Assembly: GCA_000182565.2 (NCBI GenBank) | Contig: KQ257454.1 | Length of the DNA stretch: 64,000 nucleotides | Source: Spizellomyces punctatus DAOM BR117 | Lineage: Eukaryota | Reading direction: 5' to 3' (one strand) | Shown here: piece after piece, positions 49,121-63,279 of the stretch | How the letters are laid out: every line of letters begins with the position of its first letter | How positions within the stretch are numbered: the stretch's first letter is position 1 | Notes under the pieces: generated by a model | What the model was told of the DNA's origin: nothing | Databases searched by the model: none | What the model saw: the letters and a program-made list of their open reading frames with translations, nothing else | Program-made: the position numbers and the translations under genes

Positions 49121-50080
49121 CTATCGGGCTTCAAAGGTTTTGTCTCGCTGCAAAACTGTTCCATGTGTGAGGATACTGTTACACCAAGTGTCATGATATT
49201 GATGCACATACCTGTCTTGTCAAATTTCATTAAAATTGTTGTCCGAAGTGGAAACTGGTCAGTTGCCGTTGAGTGCGCGCTGACTCTGGCCGGCTACAGG
49301 ATAAATAGGTATCAATCGATATCTAAGGCAGCCAGTGGTTCAGTTCAGTTCGTAGCGAGATACTTACGAATCCGCATCCATCCAGCACCGCCTCCACAAC
49401 ACCTCCAATAAAAGCACCACAACTGAGTTGTGACATTTCTCGCGGTACCGCAATGAATTTGGTTATATTTGGCTCATTGTCAGATATCATATCTGTGGGT
49501 TGGTAATTGATACTCAGCACATCCAGACCTTATTGTAATGAGCGGGATGTTGTACTAAAGTTCGACACTCACACTCATCCTCGTTTTCCGTGCCCTTCTC
49601 CAACGCGTCCGCCACCTTGCCGAAAAGAGTTTTCCAAATGGTCGAGTGTATGAAGGACAAGACGTTCAGAAGACGTGTGTCTCGACGGCCGGGCCGCTCT
49701 CTGAAAACGATCAATTCGAGAAACCGAATACCAACACGATATCCAAAGTCGCTCAGTCTGATACAATCGGTGATGAGTCACCATATACATCCGGTAAAGT
49801 CCGCTTGACGACCGCGGCTCGTCGTTTTCATGCCAAGCTTACTTTTTCTCCATGTCCTGAATGCCGCTACTCTTTTTTGTTGCGTAGCTGAGCATTTCGG
49901 CGAAGAGGAAGGCATAGGCCGCCACGCTGACCTATTCGGAAAGGACATTTTGATGAGCCCCAAGTCACATGTGAGGTAAACAGATCTACGTACCTCATTG
50001 GATCTTCCTTTACTGAGGTTTCGTTCAAGAATTGCTGGCCTTCGTAAAGAGGAGGATGGCCGTGCGGTGCTTTGTGACAT
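49121..50080 (-). CDS. TRS31: TRAPP complex subunit Trs31/TRAPPC5
   Basis: IWKTLFGKVADALEKG, ITKFIAVPREMSQLSCGAFIGGVVEAVLDGCGF, ARVSAH. Confidence 0.93.
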
Positions 50081-50255
50081 TTCGACGAGAAAAGGGATGG
50101 AGATCCGTTTCCAGCAAGCTTGAGTAAGGTCAACAGCCTTGCGCGTTCGTAATAAAGCCTAATCCGGAAGTGCGAAAGGGCACTTGGACGCTTACGTGGC
50201 TTTCGTTGGGCAATTCGCAATTTGAGCGACATTTTCCAACATTTTGCAGCCGACG

Positions 50256-50986
50256 ATGCTAGCGTCGTCCGACATGCCTTCCATAACCCCAGCTCATCGA
50301 TCGGACTCTCTCATGACCCTCCTTGACGCTCTTACAGAATACGAGGCGTTACGTACAGAGACGGGACAGACCTTATCAAAAGCCTATATCGACCTTGCCC
50401 AAGCGAAGTACATTTTGGGCCCCGGTCGTCTGGGCGCCGTGGCGTATGACGGGAGGATGAAAGCAGGAAAGGTTGTGTGAGTATCTCACCGTACTGACCA
50501 TCGAGATTCGTTTTGGTAAAGATTGATATGCAGACATACAGACGAGAAGGGCGAAATGTTTCTGATGCGTGGGGTTCTTGATACAAGCACGAGTCTGACT
50601 GATTCAGACGTGAACGTGTCGATGGATAAGGAAGACGGACTACGACGGCGTAGGGCGGGTGGTGTCAAGGAATCAAACGGGACTTCAGACGACGAGAGAG
50701 AAGAGAATCAGGACAGCACAGATGACATGCAAAGCGCAGATCAAAAGAAGCCAAAGCGGCCAACAAATCCTCTAAATTGGTTTGCACCTCTGCCCCCAAC
50801 CTCCCTACGATCTTCCCAGACCCATTTTGAGCAAGGTAAGCGGACCTCGTTAAAGTTGTGTGGCAGAGTTCTGATGCACATGCAACCGTAGTGTTGAGAG
50901 ATCTGATACGGTTAAGTAACGTAGCAAGGAGGGTGGAAGAGTTAAGGGTAAAATGCGAAGCTCAAGGTGTCCATGGTAGACAATGA
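50256..50986 (+). CDS. VMA22: V-ATPase assembly factor Vma22/CCDC115
   Basis: LSKAYIDLAQAKYILG...YDGRMKA, LRRRR, NPLNWFAPLPPTSLRSSQTHF. Confidence 0.85.
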
Positions 50987-51051
50987 AGTCGGAATGTTGG
51001 TCGACTGTACGGTCACTGGCTGACAGTGCAATTTTCATTGAGCCTTTCAGG

Positions 51052-52124
51052 TTACGACTTTTTATCATTATTAGACGGTGGAAATAGTGTTATACTTGGT
51101 CCAAATACGTCCTTTAAGGTTTCACCCGGCTTCAGCCTCCTCACATTCCCTTGCTCGTCAATGTATTCCCCTTGATCTAAGATATCATAATCCCCTAATG
51201 TTCTTGGCGAATTCACCGCCTTTATCCAATCCAGCTCCAAAGAGAAATCCCCCGGTTGCCGCACCAGCGAGAATCCGACAGTTTTAATTTTAGACCGGTC
51301 CATGGTGATTTGACGCTTTTGCACGTATCCATGACTCGTGAGAACAAAGTCTCGAAAAGGTATCTGGATACTTCTTTTAGCAATTGGCCCGCATCACAGC
51401 ACGAAATGCTTGCCACCGTACCATTATGACTTCCCATTCCCCAGGTCGTTGGAAATACAGCCGATGTTGCCAAAGGTATGATGGATAAATACTATCCGTT
51501 TGTAGGTTAACAAACCATTGTCGCGTATCACCTTTCGCTCTTATTGCCAGATATCTGAACAGAGTCGTGTCGTATCTCGGACGATGGAAAAGAGTCAACG
51601 GTCGCTCCTGTTCATCAACTAGGTAAGTTCCCATGACTTTCCAACAAGTAACTGGAAGTCCCCCAATGTACCTTCGACCGCACTCCAGCATATCCACTCC
51701 GATCTATCTTGACTCCAGGAGGAATATCCGTAGATAGTGATCCCCAGAACAAAGCTGTATTCTGAGGGGTGAGTCCCCAATAAGCTTCGGACAGCCCTAC
51801 CAGTTTCCAAGACTATCTTTGAGCCAAGGTGTCAGTATAAGGGATGACTGACGGTCATTCTGACCTCCAATATCTGCATCGGATCCTACAACCCAGTCTT
51901 GCAGATCTTCAACGTTTTGAAACTGAAAAAGGGGCATTTCTTTCCTCCAACTGACATCAAACTTGATTGCTACGGTTGGTATATATGAGCCGTACGTCGC
52001 GATGGACCAAAGGAAGTATAAGTCCGTTACCTGCAACAGTTTCGGCTTTCATATAGTTCCATGATCGCTTGAAATACGAGCTGATCACTCGTAGCCCTTC
52101 AGTCATTCTCCCCCCTGACGCCAT
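51052..52124 (-). CDS. CIA30: Complex I intermediate-associated protein 30 (NDUFAF1)
   Basis: WVVGSDADIGG, YLAIRAKGD, WQHRLY, GFSL...GDFSLELDWIKA. Confidence 0.9.
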
Positions 52125-52422
52125 GGCGTGCTCAAACTGTGAGGGACGTCGATATAAATAGGCGTCGCCGGATCGCCAGAACTCTAAGGATACAATCGTA
52201 TCAAGCTGAGCCCCTCGTCTAGTGCTCTTGTCATTTCCATACCTAGGTATGTACTGCTTTGGAGCTCGGAGATCGGCAAGTAGTCAGTTTTGAGGTTTAA
52301 GCCTGAGGTCCCAAAATGATAGTCATTTGTTGCCATGGCTTTAAGAGTGGCACAGTCCGTGTCACTCGGACTCTGAATGTTGAGAGATCTACCGACGTTC
52401 ACCCTTTGCCTAACCGAAAACC

Positions 52423-55400
52423 ATGCGGCCTTCAACACGACTACGGGCGTTTACAACCGAAGATGGTTTACCGGGCGAGGATTGCCTGTTTGTCAGTAAG
52501 GATGTGTGGGACGAATTGATACGCCAGGGAGCAAGATGTGTCCCTTCTCGTGGTCTGTGACGATGACTGCACTTTCAAAATTTGTGAGCTGGGCCCTGTT
52601 TCTTACAAAGTATCCTTGTAGCCGGGAGTGGGTCGCGGCTTTTGGTGTCTATTACTCTGGACGATAGTATCTCCGCCGGTTACGAAACATACTTTACTAC
52701 AAATCACCAAGGGCAACGGTCGCCCTGTAGTTCATTCCTGTCGTACGTGCGGATATCTTATGCAACCGAGGTGAGAGCCGCCTCAGGTGGGGTTGCCGGT
52801 GGAGCGTGCAGCTGAAAGGTTAGAACGTATTGAATGTCCTATGTTGAAGGTTGAAAAGGCCACTGTGCGAATCCCTCCACAATTTTTCACCCGAAACGAA
52901 CTTCCGGTGCCAGATCCAGATGATGAAGTTGATATCGAATTGCATACCTGTGGGACCGTCGAGCTCAATGAAGTCATATTGGGTGCACTGGATCAAGCTT
53001 CCTACGAAACGGCAACGAAAGGTACCCACATGCGCCGTCCCATAGTTCCCTTTCCCCGCTCGCATTTATGACCCGCACGCTAATGAGTGCTCTTATGCTA
53101 AAGATGGTCGCTCCATTCAAAATCAGTTGATTGTTGACGCCACCTTACTTCGTCAATCCGCTACCTGCAGAATATCGGTCGACGATAATGTCCTTGTTTT
53201 TCGCGTGCTGATGTGCTCGCCGGTCCTACAAGGAACAATCTCAGCAAACTCGCGGGTCATTTTTTCGAGAGCAGAATGGCTCGTCGGTCCTGACCTCAGT
53301 ATGACAGCAGTCAAATCATTGGGCAACGAATCTCTCGTGCCAGATGTCCTTCTTGACGATGCCGGCATAGAGGATGGCCTTCATTTCAGCACAGATGCGG
53401 ATCGTCTAGACGCAGATTTCGTTGACGCAGCACATGAAGAAGAAATTCATGGCAGCAGGGGAAGCTTGAGTAGTGTGGAAGCATTGCCTGTAGTGTTGAG
53501 TCACCGGGTACCTCGGTCGATGGTATATCCCAAACCCGGCGCGCGGGACGACTTGGATATCGGAATTTGGGTTCCATATTCGATTTTGGTTAAGCTCAAA
53601 GTGTTCAGCGGAAGCATGGTAATGAGCTGGGTGTTTTTGATTCTACCAATTCGACCGCCCGCTAAATTCCCCTGCGCTCGATAGGTTTCGGTGCTAAACG
53701 ACCCATCTTCAGCGGAAGGGCGATTGTGCAGAATTTATGGTTGCGATACGCCTTTCGAGCAAAGGTAGATCCCTGCTTTTATCCTGATAGCTCGGCGTTT
53801 CGCTGACGACTTCTTTGCTTAAACCCAATCGAGAAGGGGAGGCTCGCAGTTACCCAACGCCTACATGTCTCCATCATTATATTTCAATATGCAACTCAAT
53901 CCCTCCAAGCCAATACACCTGATGCCGCTCTCCCGGGAACAAATGATGGAAGCAATACCAGTGGCAAGCGAAGTGACGGTGGCGCGTCTCGCCGGTTCTT
54001 TAACAAATGACAAGAGAGTGTTGGATGAGTGCTTGATTCAGCTAAGAAAATGGTTCGAGGACACAGAAAGGGTGGTATGCGAAGGGGATATCATCACCGT
54101 CGTGGTTAATGGTGAGAATTTGTGGAAGCGGTTTCATCCGATCAATGAGATTAAGTTTTTGTGCTGGACTCAGAGGAACAAGCTCGCATGCATGCCCTAT
54201 TCTCGATGGATGATAGTGATGAGATTGTAGAGCATGATCTACAGTAAGAGCCATCGCACCCTTTTTTAAGGAATCATCGTAATGGCTCACGGCTGTGTTG
54301 TGAAGGTGTTTCCCGGCGGCTGCGAGAGCCAACGATCTAGCGTACTTCAAAATCACTCATGTGGCTGTTGATTCATCCATTGACTCGAAGGGAACTTCAA
54401 GATCCATGGGTGTCATGGTAAAAATAGACCCTGCCGTCACAAGGATAACGCAGTCCGGTATCGCGCATGGTCGAGTCCCGCCACGACAACGGAGCTACTT
54501 GGGAGCTGGTCCGTTGGTTACCTTTTTGCAATGCGTTAACCGACTGCACAAAGGGCTGACCGTTTCCATTTCTTTAGGCATTGTACCAACTGCACCGGAG
54601 AAAAGCGCCAGCGATGCATACCGGGAACTTTCAGGACTCATGTCTACATGTCTCCATCCGACGTCCTTGGCATTAGGACTGAATTGCACAGTTCTTCTTC
54701 ATGGTCCTCGAGGAGCGGGCAAACGTACGTTGATATATGCCGTTGCGGAAGATCTAGGAATTCATCTGTTGGAGGTAAGTGGCCGGCTAGTAGAGAGCGA
54801 TAGTGACGAGAGCTCATTCCGTGACCTCCACGTAGGTCAATGCCTACGACATCATCGGTGACACGGATGCCAAAACGGAGTCATTCCTGCAAATTCAATT
54901 TGAGAAGGCTGCTGCCACGGCGCCGTGTGTATTAATTATACGTCACGTCGATGCCCTGGCTAAAAAACCTGGAGCTGCTGCCGCCGAGCCAGGAGACGGT
55001 ATGTGATATGCTTAGGAATTGTACTTTGGTACACATAACGTACTTAATGTCTCATTGTCTTCCGCAGAACCGACTGTGACCAAGGTTCTCTCTGAGTGCT
55101 TGACAATGATTTCGGAGTCTTTTAAAACGTCAGGACACGTAGTGATGGTAGTCGGTACAACTGCTGATTTGGATAAGATTCCTACCGGAATGCAGGCTCT
55201 GTTCAGGCACCATTTGTTATGCGAGGTTGGCTCTATCTCGGAAGAGGATAACAAGTGTCTTTACTGATTCTGCCACTTCCTTTAGAGCCCCTCAGAGGAA
55301 ATGCGATTGCATATATTGACGAATCTAACCAAAGGCATTTCGATGACGCCGGATGTCAGCCTGCCCCTTCTGGCCATGCAAACTGCGGCACTTGTTGCTC

Positions 55401-57293
55401 GTGATCTTGTTGATCTGGTAGCCCGCGCCGGCTACAATGCCCTAGAGCGGGTACTGGGCGCGATGTACGTTCTGTGACGTGCATGTCGTTGTCCACCTCC
55501 ACATACTGACAAGTGGGCACACAGGCAAGCATTAGGGCACAACGTTTCCGAATCAGACGTAGTACATGCGGGCGTAGCGGTAACTTCTGAAGATTTCAGT
55601 AAAGCTCTAGACAAGTCACGAGCAGCCCATTCCGACGCCATAGGCGCGCCGAAGATCCCGAACGTTACCTGGGATGACGTCGGTGGTCTTAGCCACGTCA
55701 AAGACAACATCTATGATACCATTCAGTTGCCACTGGAACATCCTGAACTTTTCGCCAGTGGTATGAAGAAGCGTTCGGGTATCCTTCTATACGGCCCGCC
55801 AGGGACAGGCAAAACCTTGGTGGCTAAGGCGGTTGCTACCAACTTCTCCTTGAACTTCTTGTCCGTAAAAGGGCCCGAGTTACTGAACATGTACATCGGT
55901 GAATCGGAAGCAAACGTGCGCCGTGTTTTTCAAAAAGCTCGTGATGCTCGACCTTGCGTCGTTTTCTTTGATGAGTTGGACAGTGTTGCGCCTAAGCGCG
56001 GGGAAAAGGGGGATTCTGGCGGTGTTATGGACCGAATAGTGAGTCAACTTCTTGCGGAGATTGATGGAATGGGAGGTGGTGCGGACGTATTTGTGATCGG
56101 TGCTACCAATCGGCCAGATTTATTAGATCCTGCTTTGCTACGACCGGGAAGGTGCGTTCCGGATCTGATCGAATGAACTCGTTGCTATCAAGATAGTCTG
56201 CGCTTACACCGTTTATTTCTAGGTTTGACAAACTGCTCTATCTGGGCGTTAGCGAAGACCATGACTCGCAACTGAATATTTTGAAGGCATTGACCCGAAA
56301 GTAGGTGCTCAACACCTTTCCAGGGATGTTTCAGATCCTTACGATACTCTCCTTAACAGGTTCCGCTTACATCCGTCTCTCGACCTGCGCCGCATTGCCG
56401 ATTTGTGTCCATTCCACTACACCGGCGCTGACTTTTATGCTCTGTGCTCAGATGCTATGCTTAAAGCGATTATAAGGACAATCGATAATGTTGACGCCAA
56501 GATTGGTATGCTGTAGCCTCGTGCGTTAGTTCGGTTTGTATTCTGGGAGTCGCTAACAGCAAACTTCTCAGCAACTCTGAATGCGTCAGGTCCACACGAG
56601 CACCATCCTCATCCCATTCCCCCGCCGTATTATCTGGAGAATATGGCGGAGGCTGAAGACACTTTTGTCCAAGTCGAGGAGGTGGATTTCCGTAAAGCTC
56701 TCGAGGAATTGGTGCCTAGTGTGAGTCCTAAAGAGCTGCAACGATACAAAGAGGTTCGAAGCAAGTTCGAAACGGAAGACAAGGAAGACAAGAAGAAAGG
56801 GAAGGGGAAAGCCGTAGCAGATATGGTGCCTAGTGTTGTCGACAGAGCGCAATTGAGTTTCCGCTCAGATGCTGGAAAGAAGATCAATGGCGGATCTTCC
56901 CAGCAGAACGGTCACGAACCAATACCAGTTCCGAACGGACTACCGCCCGTGGAGCACGTAATATCAAATGGACGCTTGAATAATGAACATTCAAAAGCTT
57001 ATTTTGCGGAGGAGGGCAGTGGCAGCAGTGGCACGGACATTGGGAGTAGTGGAAGAGCGGGTGGTGAGCAGGCAGTTAGCGAATCAACCCACCTGAGCGA
57101 TGTGCCGACAGCTCCGGGTGAGCCAACTGCAACGCCTGATACCGCATCAGCCAGGAATAGTGCGGACGAATTAAATACGTCTGCAACCGATCCTTCGCAT
57201 TCAACAGATAGTGCCAGCGCGAGCCCGTTGTCAGCGAAAGCGAAAGGTAAAACGCCAGTTCACAAGACAGGGAAAGGGAAACGGCGGCGATAG
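52423..57293 (+). CDS. PEX6: Peroxisomal AAA ATPase Pex6
   Basis: D1 [29 protein letters not shown]2 [42 protein letters not shown]; start codon uncertain. Confidence 0.92.
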
Positions 57294-57426
57294 TATTTCA
57301 ATCATGGTATATTATTGTAGTGTCCACCTCTTGGTGACGGTGAATATCAATGTAGATAACTATCTATGCATAAATTCAATAGTGGGGATGGTGTGAAAGC
57401 CTCCCTACCCATACTCCGTTCAGCAT

Positions 57427-59013
57427 CTATTTGGACCCTGCTTTCATATTGTCTGGTTTTAAAGGGGATCTACTTGCCATTTCCGCCGCTGCTTTGACGC
57501 CTTTACTCCATTCTCTTTGGACCTGAGCGTCTGGCATGGAAAGTACTAGATATTTCCCATTGACCAAATGGATACAGACAATATCTGGACGAGACGTGCC
57601 GTATCCAGTTCGTGGACGGGTGACCACCGCATGACGAAGGCTGTGAGTCGAAATGGGTGATGAAGACGGTTTTTTCTGTCAGGAATGTCAGTCAGAGGTC
57701 CTTTCAATACATGTAGCAGTGATTCCTCTTTGTACCTGGTAGACCACTTCGCCGTTCCTCCCTCTACATTTCCAAACCTCCCAAACCGCCACCTTCCATC
57801 CATCATCAGGTACCAACTCAATCCAAACTCGCCGCCAGGCAGTCTCCCCAGATGCACCCGCCAGTGGAATCACGCTATTAGATTTCCATGCTTTGGATGA
57901 TAGTAGATTGGAAAGTTTGCTTCGAGATGAGAAAGATGGATCCATGCCTGGTTCCCACTCTTCACGAATTTCGCAGGCAGTTGGTGACGGGTGAAGCGGA
58001 TTCCGGGCGCTAGGATGCTCGTTTGGATGTGGATATGCTATTGGGTTGGAATCTGGAGTGTGGCTGGGAGGACCTGACGGGGGAGGTAATGCTGGGGTGC
58101 CTGGACCATTAGGACCGGGGGCATTGGGGAAGGAATTTGTCACCGCTGATCCAGCAGGGTGTGACTTTTGAGTATGAATACTATGGAGATTGACGTTCTC
58201 GTCAGAAGAACCTGGATACTCCACATCAGATGCAGTGTCGCGGGAGGTTGGAAACATGTCCCGTCGCCCCTTCCGCACATCAGAGTCCTCGATTGAGTTG
58301 CTATGTGAGCTTGATACGTCTGTGCAGTCTGAATAACAGCGACGGTGGGGAGCTGGGCTTGGAAAATTGTCGTACTGCTGATCCGGGATCATTTCCTGCT
58401 CCTGAACGTTCGCGGGAGGCTTGATGCCGGGTACTGTAATGGCATGAAGGACAGCCGATTCTTGATCTTTCATGTTCACCTGACCATTATCAGCAGAGTA
58501 TTGGAAACACTCAAAATTGTACGGTGGTGGAGGCTCCATGTCTGCCAGTGTGGGTTCTGTGGCACACGCGTACGCCTCAGCCGCTTTACCATGTCTGCCA
58601 GAATTGTCGCCTGCTACCCGCAAATCTGCGTCACTAGACGGTGATAGGCGAAGATCAAGGCTACGCTGCCCGTCTGAAACGTTAGATACATTGAAGAAGG
58701 TCCTGCCTTCCACAGGCTGCCCATCATCGTTCTCCTCCGCAAACACTTCAGGCATAGTTGTCGGGACGCTTGGGGCGCGCGAAATGAGGGTCTCCACGTC
58801 CTCAGTTCGTCGTCGTTGCGGAGTTGTGGTTGGTGGATTAAACGATTGCTGCGAGTTTCGCAGAGGTAGTTCCGGGACGATAATGTCACGAAAACTAGAG
58901 GTTTCCTCGATGGATGGTACATTGCCAGCTGCATTTCTGTCATCAGTAGGAAGAGGAGGAACAGGGCGTTTCACTTTCTTTTCATTACGTTGGGGAAGAG
59001 GTGGTGCCTCCAT
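57427..59013 (-). CDS. Pro-rich disordered protein with a C-terminal PH-like domain
   Basis: PPLP motifs; spliced WRRVWIEL...HSLRHAVV...RPDIVCIHL..GKYLVLSMPDAQVQREWSKGV. Confidence 0.65.
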
Positions 59014-59204
59014 AGCGATGATGAGAGTTTGGTGAAAGCAAATACGACAAAGGAAAACGGGCAATAGTCGGAAATAGCCTCTTGGCAGATTAGGTAACAT
59101 GATCACGTGTAAATTCACGTGCCTCCCACCAGAACAAATTCGGCTCCTTCCAACCTTCACAACCACACGCAAGTTGCACGCTGCAACTCCACAGAACATT
59201 CACA

Positions 59205-59815
59205 ATGGCGGCGACACACGAACCTATGCAGGTGAGGTTTCAAAAGCTCCCAATCGAGTGAGCATACTCATGTAAAGAGAGAAGGAAAAGCTCACCTGTT
59301 GACTGGGGGATTCCGTACGACAGATTTCACCGATGCCCACCATCGATCCCGACCTGAACGTCTACGGTATGGTTAAACCTCTGGGAGATGTGGAGTTTGA
59401 GGACAGGGGAACAGGGGAACGTGCTGGAATCCCTGGGGGAGAGCAAAGAATAGATTGAGCTTGCAGATGAGCAAAGTGCTTTACGCACAATAGTGCTCAC
59501 AACTGGTTGTTGAGTCAACCTCTTCGTCCCACTTTTTCTAACCGTTCTGTTGTTCCAGATCGGGCAGCTGTGGTGAAATCGCGTGACGAATTCTTCCGCG
59601 AACAAATGGTCCGTATTCAGGAAGTGACGGTGCTTCGCGACAAGATGCGCTGGTGTTACAGGCGGGAGGGTGTCAACCATTTGCAAAACTGCAGACACCT
59701 GTCTCAACAGTACCTTGACTTGATGAAGGAGATGAGGACCGGATGGATTAAACCATTTAAATTGTCTGGTCCGCCGATACCTGAACGTGTACCCACCGCG
59801 CATGAAGCTGAATGA
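59205..59815 (+). CDS. NDUFB10: NADH:ubiquinone oxidoreductase subunit NDUFB10 (PDSW)
   Basis: REQMVRIQEVTVLRDKMRWCYRREGVNHLQNCRHLSQQYL. Confidence 0.9.
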
Positions 59816-60362
59816 AGGGTTGGAATTAGCAGAAGGCAACATATGGTAAGGTTAACAAGTGAAGATACGCCTCTTCTATGTATACCGAAACACTAAGAAT
59901 ACTGCTTGTAAAATTGCAGGTAGACTTATGTACCTCGTGTATCAACAATAAAGCATATATTCACAAAAATGCGCAATTCGGCTGAGTTGCTAGAGTTTCC
60001 GTCTTGTAGGGCGAGCAAAACGTACGAATCAATGATAAACTTGGAACCCCGCTTCGCATCTACAACCCAAATTCCATTTTTGCATTGCACCCAACCCAGT
60101 TTATGGTGGCCAATTTGATATCTATAGACATGATTGAAATGTAAAGATCCCTCAGACTCGAGTAGGCCAATAATGACTTATGTGCGGCAATATTGTATTG
60201 TTACATCCGGGACATTATAACAGGTTAACTACTGTTGAGTAATTCCCGCCGTCCAGAGATGGGCCTGTCGCACGACGACCCCCCTCCTTCTGTGACCTTC
60301 TACCATCCCTCCCGTATCTCACACTTCAAACATTAACAAGAAAGCCCACCCAGCAACAGCGC

Positions 60363-61358
60363 TTAGTGACCGAGAGTTGAGAGAGTTTGCTTCACAGCGG
60401 TCAGGTCCTTTTGTGCGTTTGTGGCAGCCTGAGCCCGAACACGGAGAAGAGCCTTCTTCTGAAGGTAGTAAGCGTGAGACTTGGTCTTGCGCTTCTGCTC
60501 CAGCTTCTCAACGACGTCCTGGTATTTCCAGCCGAATTCGCTGGAGATGCGCTTGAGAACGGTGAACTTGCGACCGGGAGAGAGACGGAGCACACGGAGG
60601 GCGTCAGGGACGACCAAACGCTTCTGCTTGTCGTACGGGGGAGGGACACCCTCGAAGACCTTCAAGCGCTCAAGGGCAGCAGCACCACGGGCGGTCTTGT
60701 GCGGGACCATACCACGAACGGTGCGCCAGAAGATGCGGGAAGGAGCACGGAAGTGGAAGACACCTCGGGCAGGGTTGACAACGCAACGCTTACGGAGGAA
60801 AGCCATGTACTTCACTAGAAATCACCGAGAGGGGATGAGGTTCTGCCACCACCAAGAAGAATATGCGAAAAAAAAATAGTACGTACACTTGTTGCGGAAG
60901 AAGGGTCCGCTGATGTTGATCTCCTCAGCACGGACAATAATAATCTTCTGGCCGTTGAGCAACTGTTTGGCAACAATCGATGCCAAACGACCGAGCAAGT
61001 GGCCCTTGCCGTCAATAACAACCTCCTATGCAAAAGAAAAACAGCACGCGGTTAATAAGCTAGTTTACGAACATTATCAGCTTCACGGTGTGTCCGGACA
61101 CCCTCCCAGTCTATGAGAACGAAAAGGCGGCCCTCGTCCACAATTTCCACCGTTCGTCCATTTCACAGATCACTACTCCGTCCACAGGTCCGTCAGACCC
61201 TCCAAATGAATTTTCCATTTCTGCTCTCAGACGGTTCTCGACAGTAATAAAAACCGTTCACTCCGAACCCACACTTGCTTCCAACTGCATGAGACCCGAA
61301 AGACCCCCGCTCCCCCTCGATAGTGTTTCTACGCCTGTACCTTCTGGAACGTGGACAT
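60363..61358 (-). CDS. RPL16: 60S ribosomal protein uL13 (L16/L13a)
   Basis: [46 protein letters not shown]; 315-nt first intron. Confidence 0.97.
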
Positions 61359-61682
61359 CTTTCTTCTTTTTTGGGGGGTTAACGTGCCGTATCGAAGATT
61401 TCGAACGACGTGCGTTATCGGGCTTCTCAGAATTAGAAGGGAAGGAAAAGGGAAGGCCTCTTGCTGGACGTTGCCGACAACGACCACGACAAACAAACGA
61501 GGCCCAATGTGGCGCGGCAGCAAGAAAAGTCAGGTGAAATGTGCTGATTGGCTACTTTTATGGCACAGTTTGATTGGTTAAATGAATATCACGTGATTTT
61601 GCTTACGTTTGCATGCAAGAATTAATGATATTATGAAAGTATAAACAAATGAAAAGGTCTCAAGAAAATAAACTATCCACCA

Positions 61683-63220
61683 TTAGAGCAGCTGCTCAAT
61701 CATTCCCCCATCAGAATCAGAATCAGAATCCTCCATCTCCTCAATAACATAGTCCTTTGCATCCACAGACTTTAATCTCTTTGCAACCGGAATCGGCAGA
61801 TTGGTTGACCCTCCATCCTCTTCGTCTCTACATAGCATCTGAACCAATCGTTCGATAGCTTCTTGCACTTTCTCATCTTTTTCCTGTAGATGAAGCTTTT
61901 GTACCACAGGATACACCTTTTTGGCCCGAAGAATCTCACGTCCTTGTCGTGTAGTGGTCAGAAGGAGTAGAATTTCAACAAGGGCAAGTCGTAACTTGGC
62001 ATCCTGCTCACGTTCCTTGTCTGGTTCCAGAAGCTGCAACTCGTCTGGCATTCCTTCCATTTCCTTAAAAATCAAAAATCCATATCAATCACTGCGGGTC
62101 AATTCATCATTCAGCTTCGTCGCACCTCATCTGTATAATCTTCCGGCCCAGATAGAGGAAGAAGGAGATATGGCAACAAATTCAGCTCAGTATCAGTGAG
62201 TAATAGTGCGTGTCCTTCTGGTTCAAAAGCTGTATTCTTGATTGTATGGATGGCGGCACTACGGCGGATACGGTTGGGGTGCTCGGTAAATGGCACCATC
62301 TTACTCAATCGTAACGCTCCGTCAACTCCCGTCCGTCCTCGGAACCATGCCGCTCCGGCTGGTGTCATCGCCACATTTGACAGCACCCCACCAAGGAAAT
62401 GATATTCGGCGTCCGGATTATATCCCTTCCCTGCACCCCTCACAAAGACTTCCAGCAGATTGTCGAGGTAATGGGTTTTTAGTTTGGTGGTGGAGGGATT
62501 AGGTTGTGTGGAAGGAGTTGGGATAGGAGACGTGGATTCCGCTGATGGGCTGGGCGCAGCTGCTGATCGTGAGATATCCGCGACGAGTTTCCGTGCCACA
62601 GAGTTACTTTCGGAAAGATTGTTTAACAACATACAACATAGATCGGCTACTACATTTCGAGGTAACTAGTCAGATATAAAGAAGCACAAAGATAAGTATT
62701 AGTATGAAGACATATTTGGGTGATACGATATGATCTACATACCACAATCAGCAATATCAGGTCATAAAGGAAATCTTCATTGTCCATAACGGAAACAAAG
62801 ACAGGGTCCACGCACAGGTTGATTAAAGCACTGAGTGCATCATGAGCTGCCAGCTAAAAAGAAATCCATGGTGTCAACTTTTGCTTGCGGAACTGAACCA
62901 TAGATCACACCAACCGGCTCTCCCTTGGTCAATGCCATTAGATCCTTTACTACTCGACAGCCATCTTTCTTGAAAAAGGGAAGAAATTCCGGCGTTGTAG
63001 TGAGTCCTGCAATATTCTTTGCTGCTAGTTGCCGCACCTAATATAGGATTGGGTTAAGCTTCGGGAGAAAATTGCTTTCAAAACGGAATTTTGCATACAT
63101 CTGGTCTAGGATCTCTTAGAAAGGAAAAAAGCTATGAACGATATTTACCAACAGGTTAGCAACGCGAAATCGGATGTTCGAAAGCTACATTTTCCATACT
63201 TCGTCTAGTTGTGCCTCCAT
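61683..63220 (-). CDS. HGH1: Hgh1 (eEF2 chaperone, ARM repeats)
   Basis: MLLNNLS, YNPDAEYHFLGGVLSN, PFTEH..IRR, LLPYLLLPLSGPE, LLEPDKERE. Confidence 0.9.
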
Positions 63221-63279
63221 ATCTGCAGCAGCAAGGTGAGGTGGTGAACACACGACAGATTGTCCAAGAAGAGAGGCGA

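Noticed and set aside
59014-59199. N-terminal extension of the 503-aa ORF
   Set aside because: Runs through the divergent promoter (E-boxes, palindrome) shared with NDUFB10; the ATG at 59013 is more plausible
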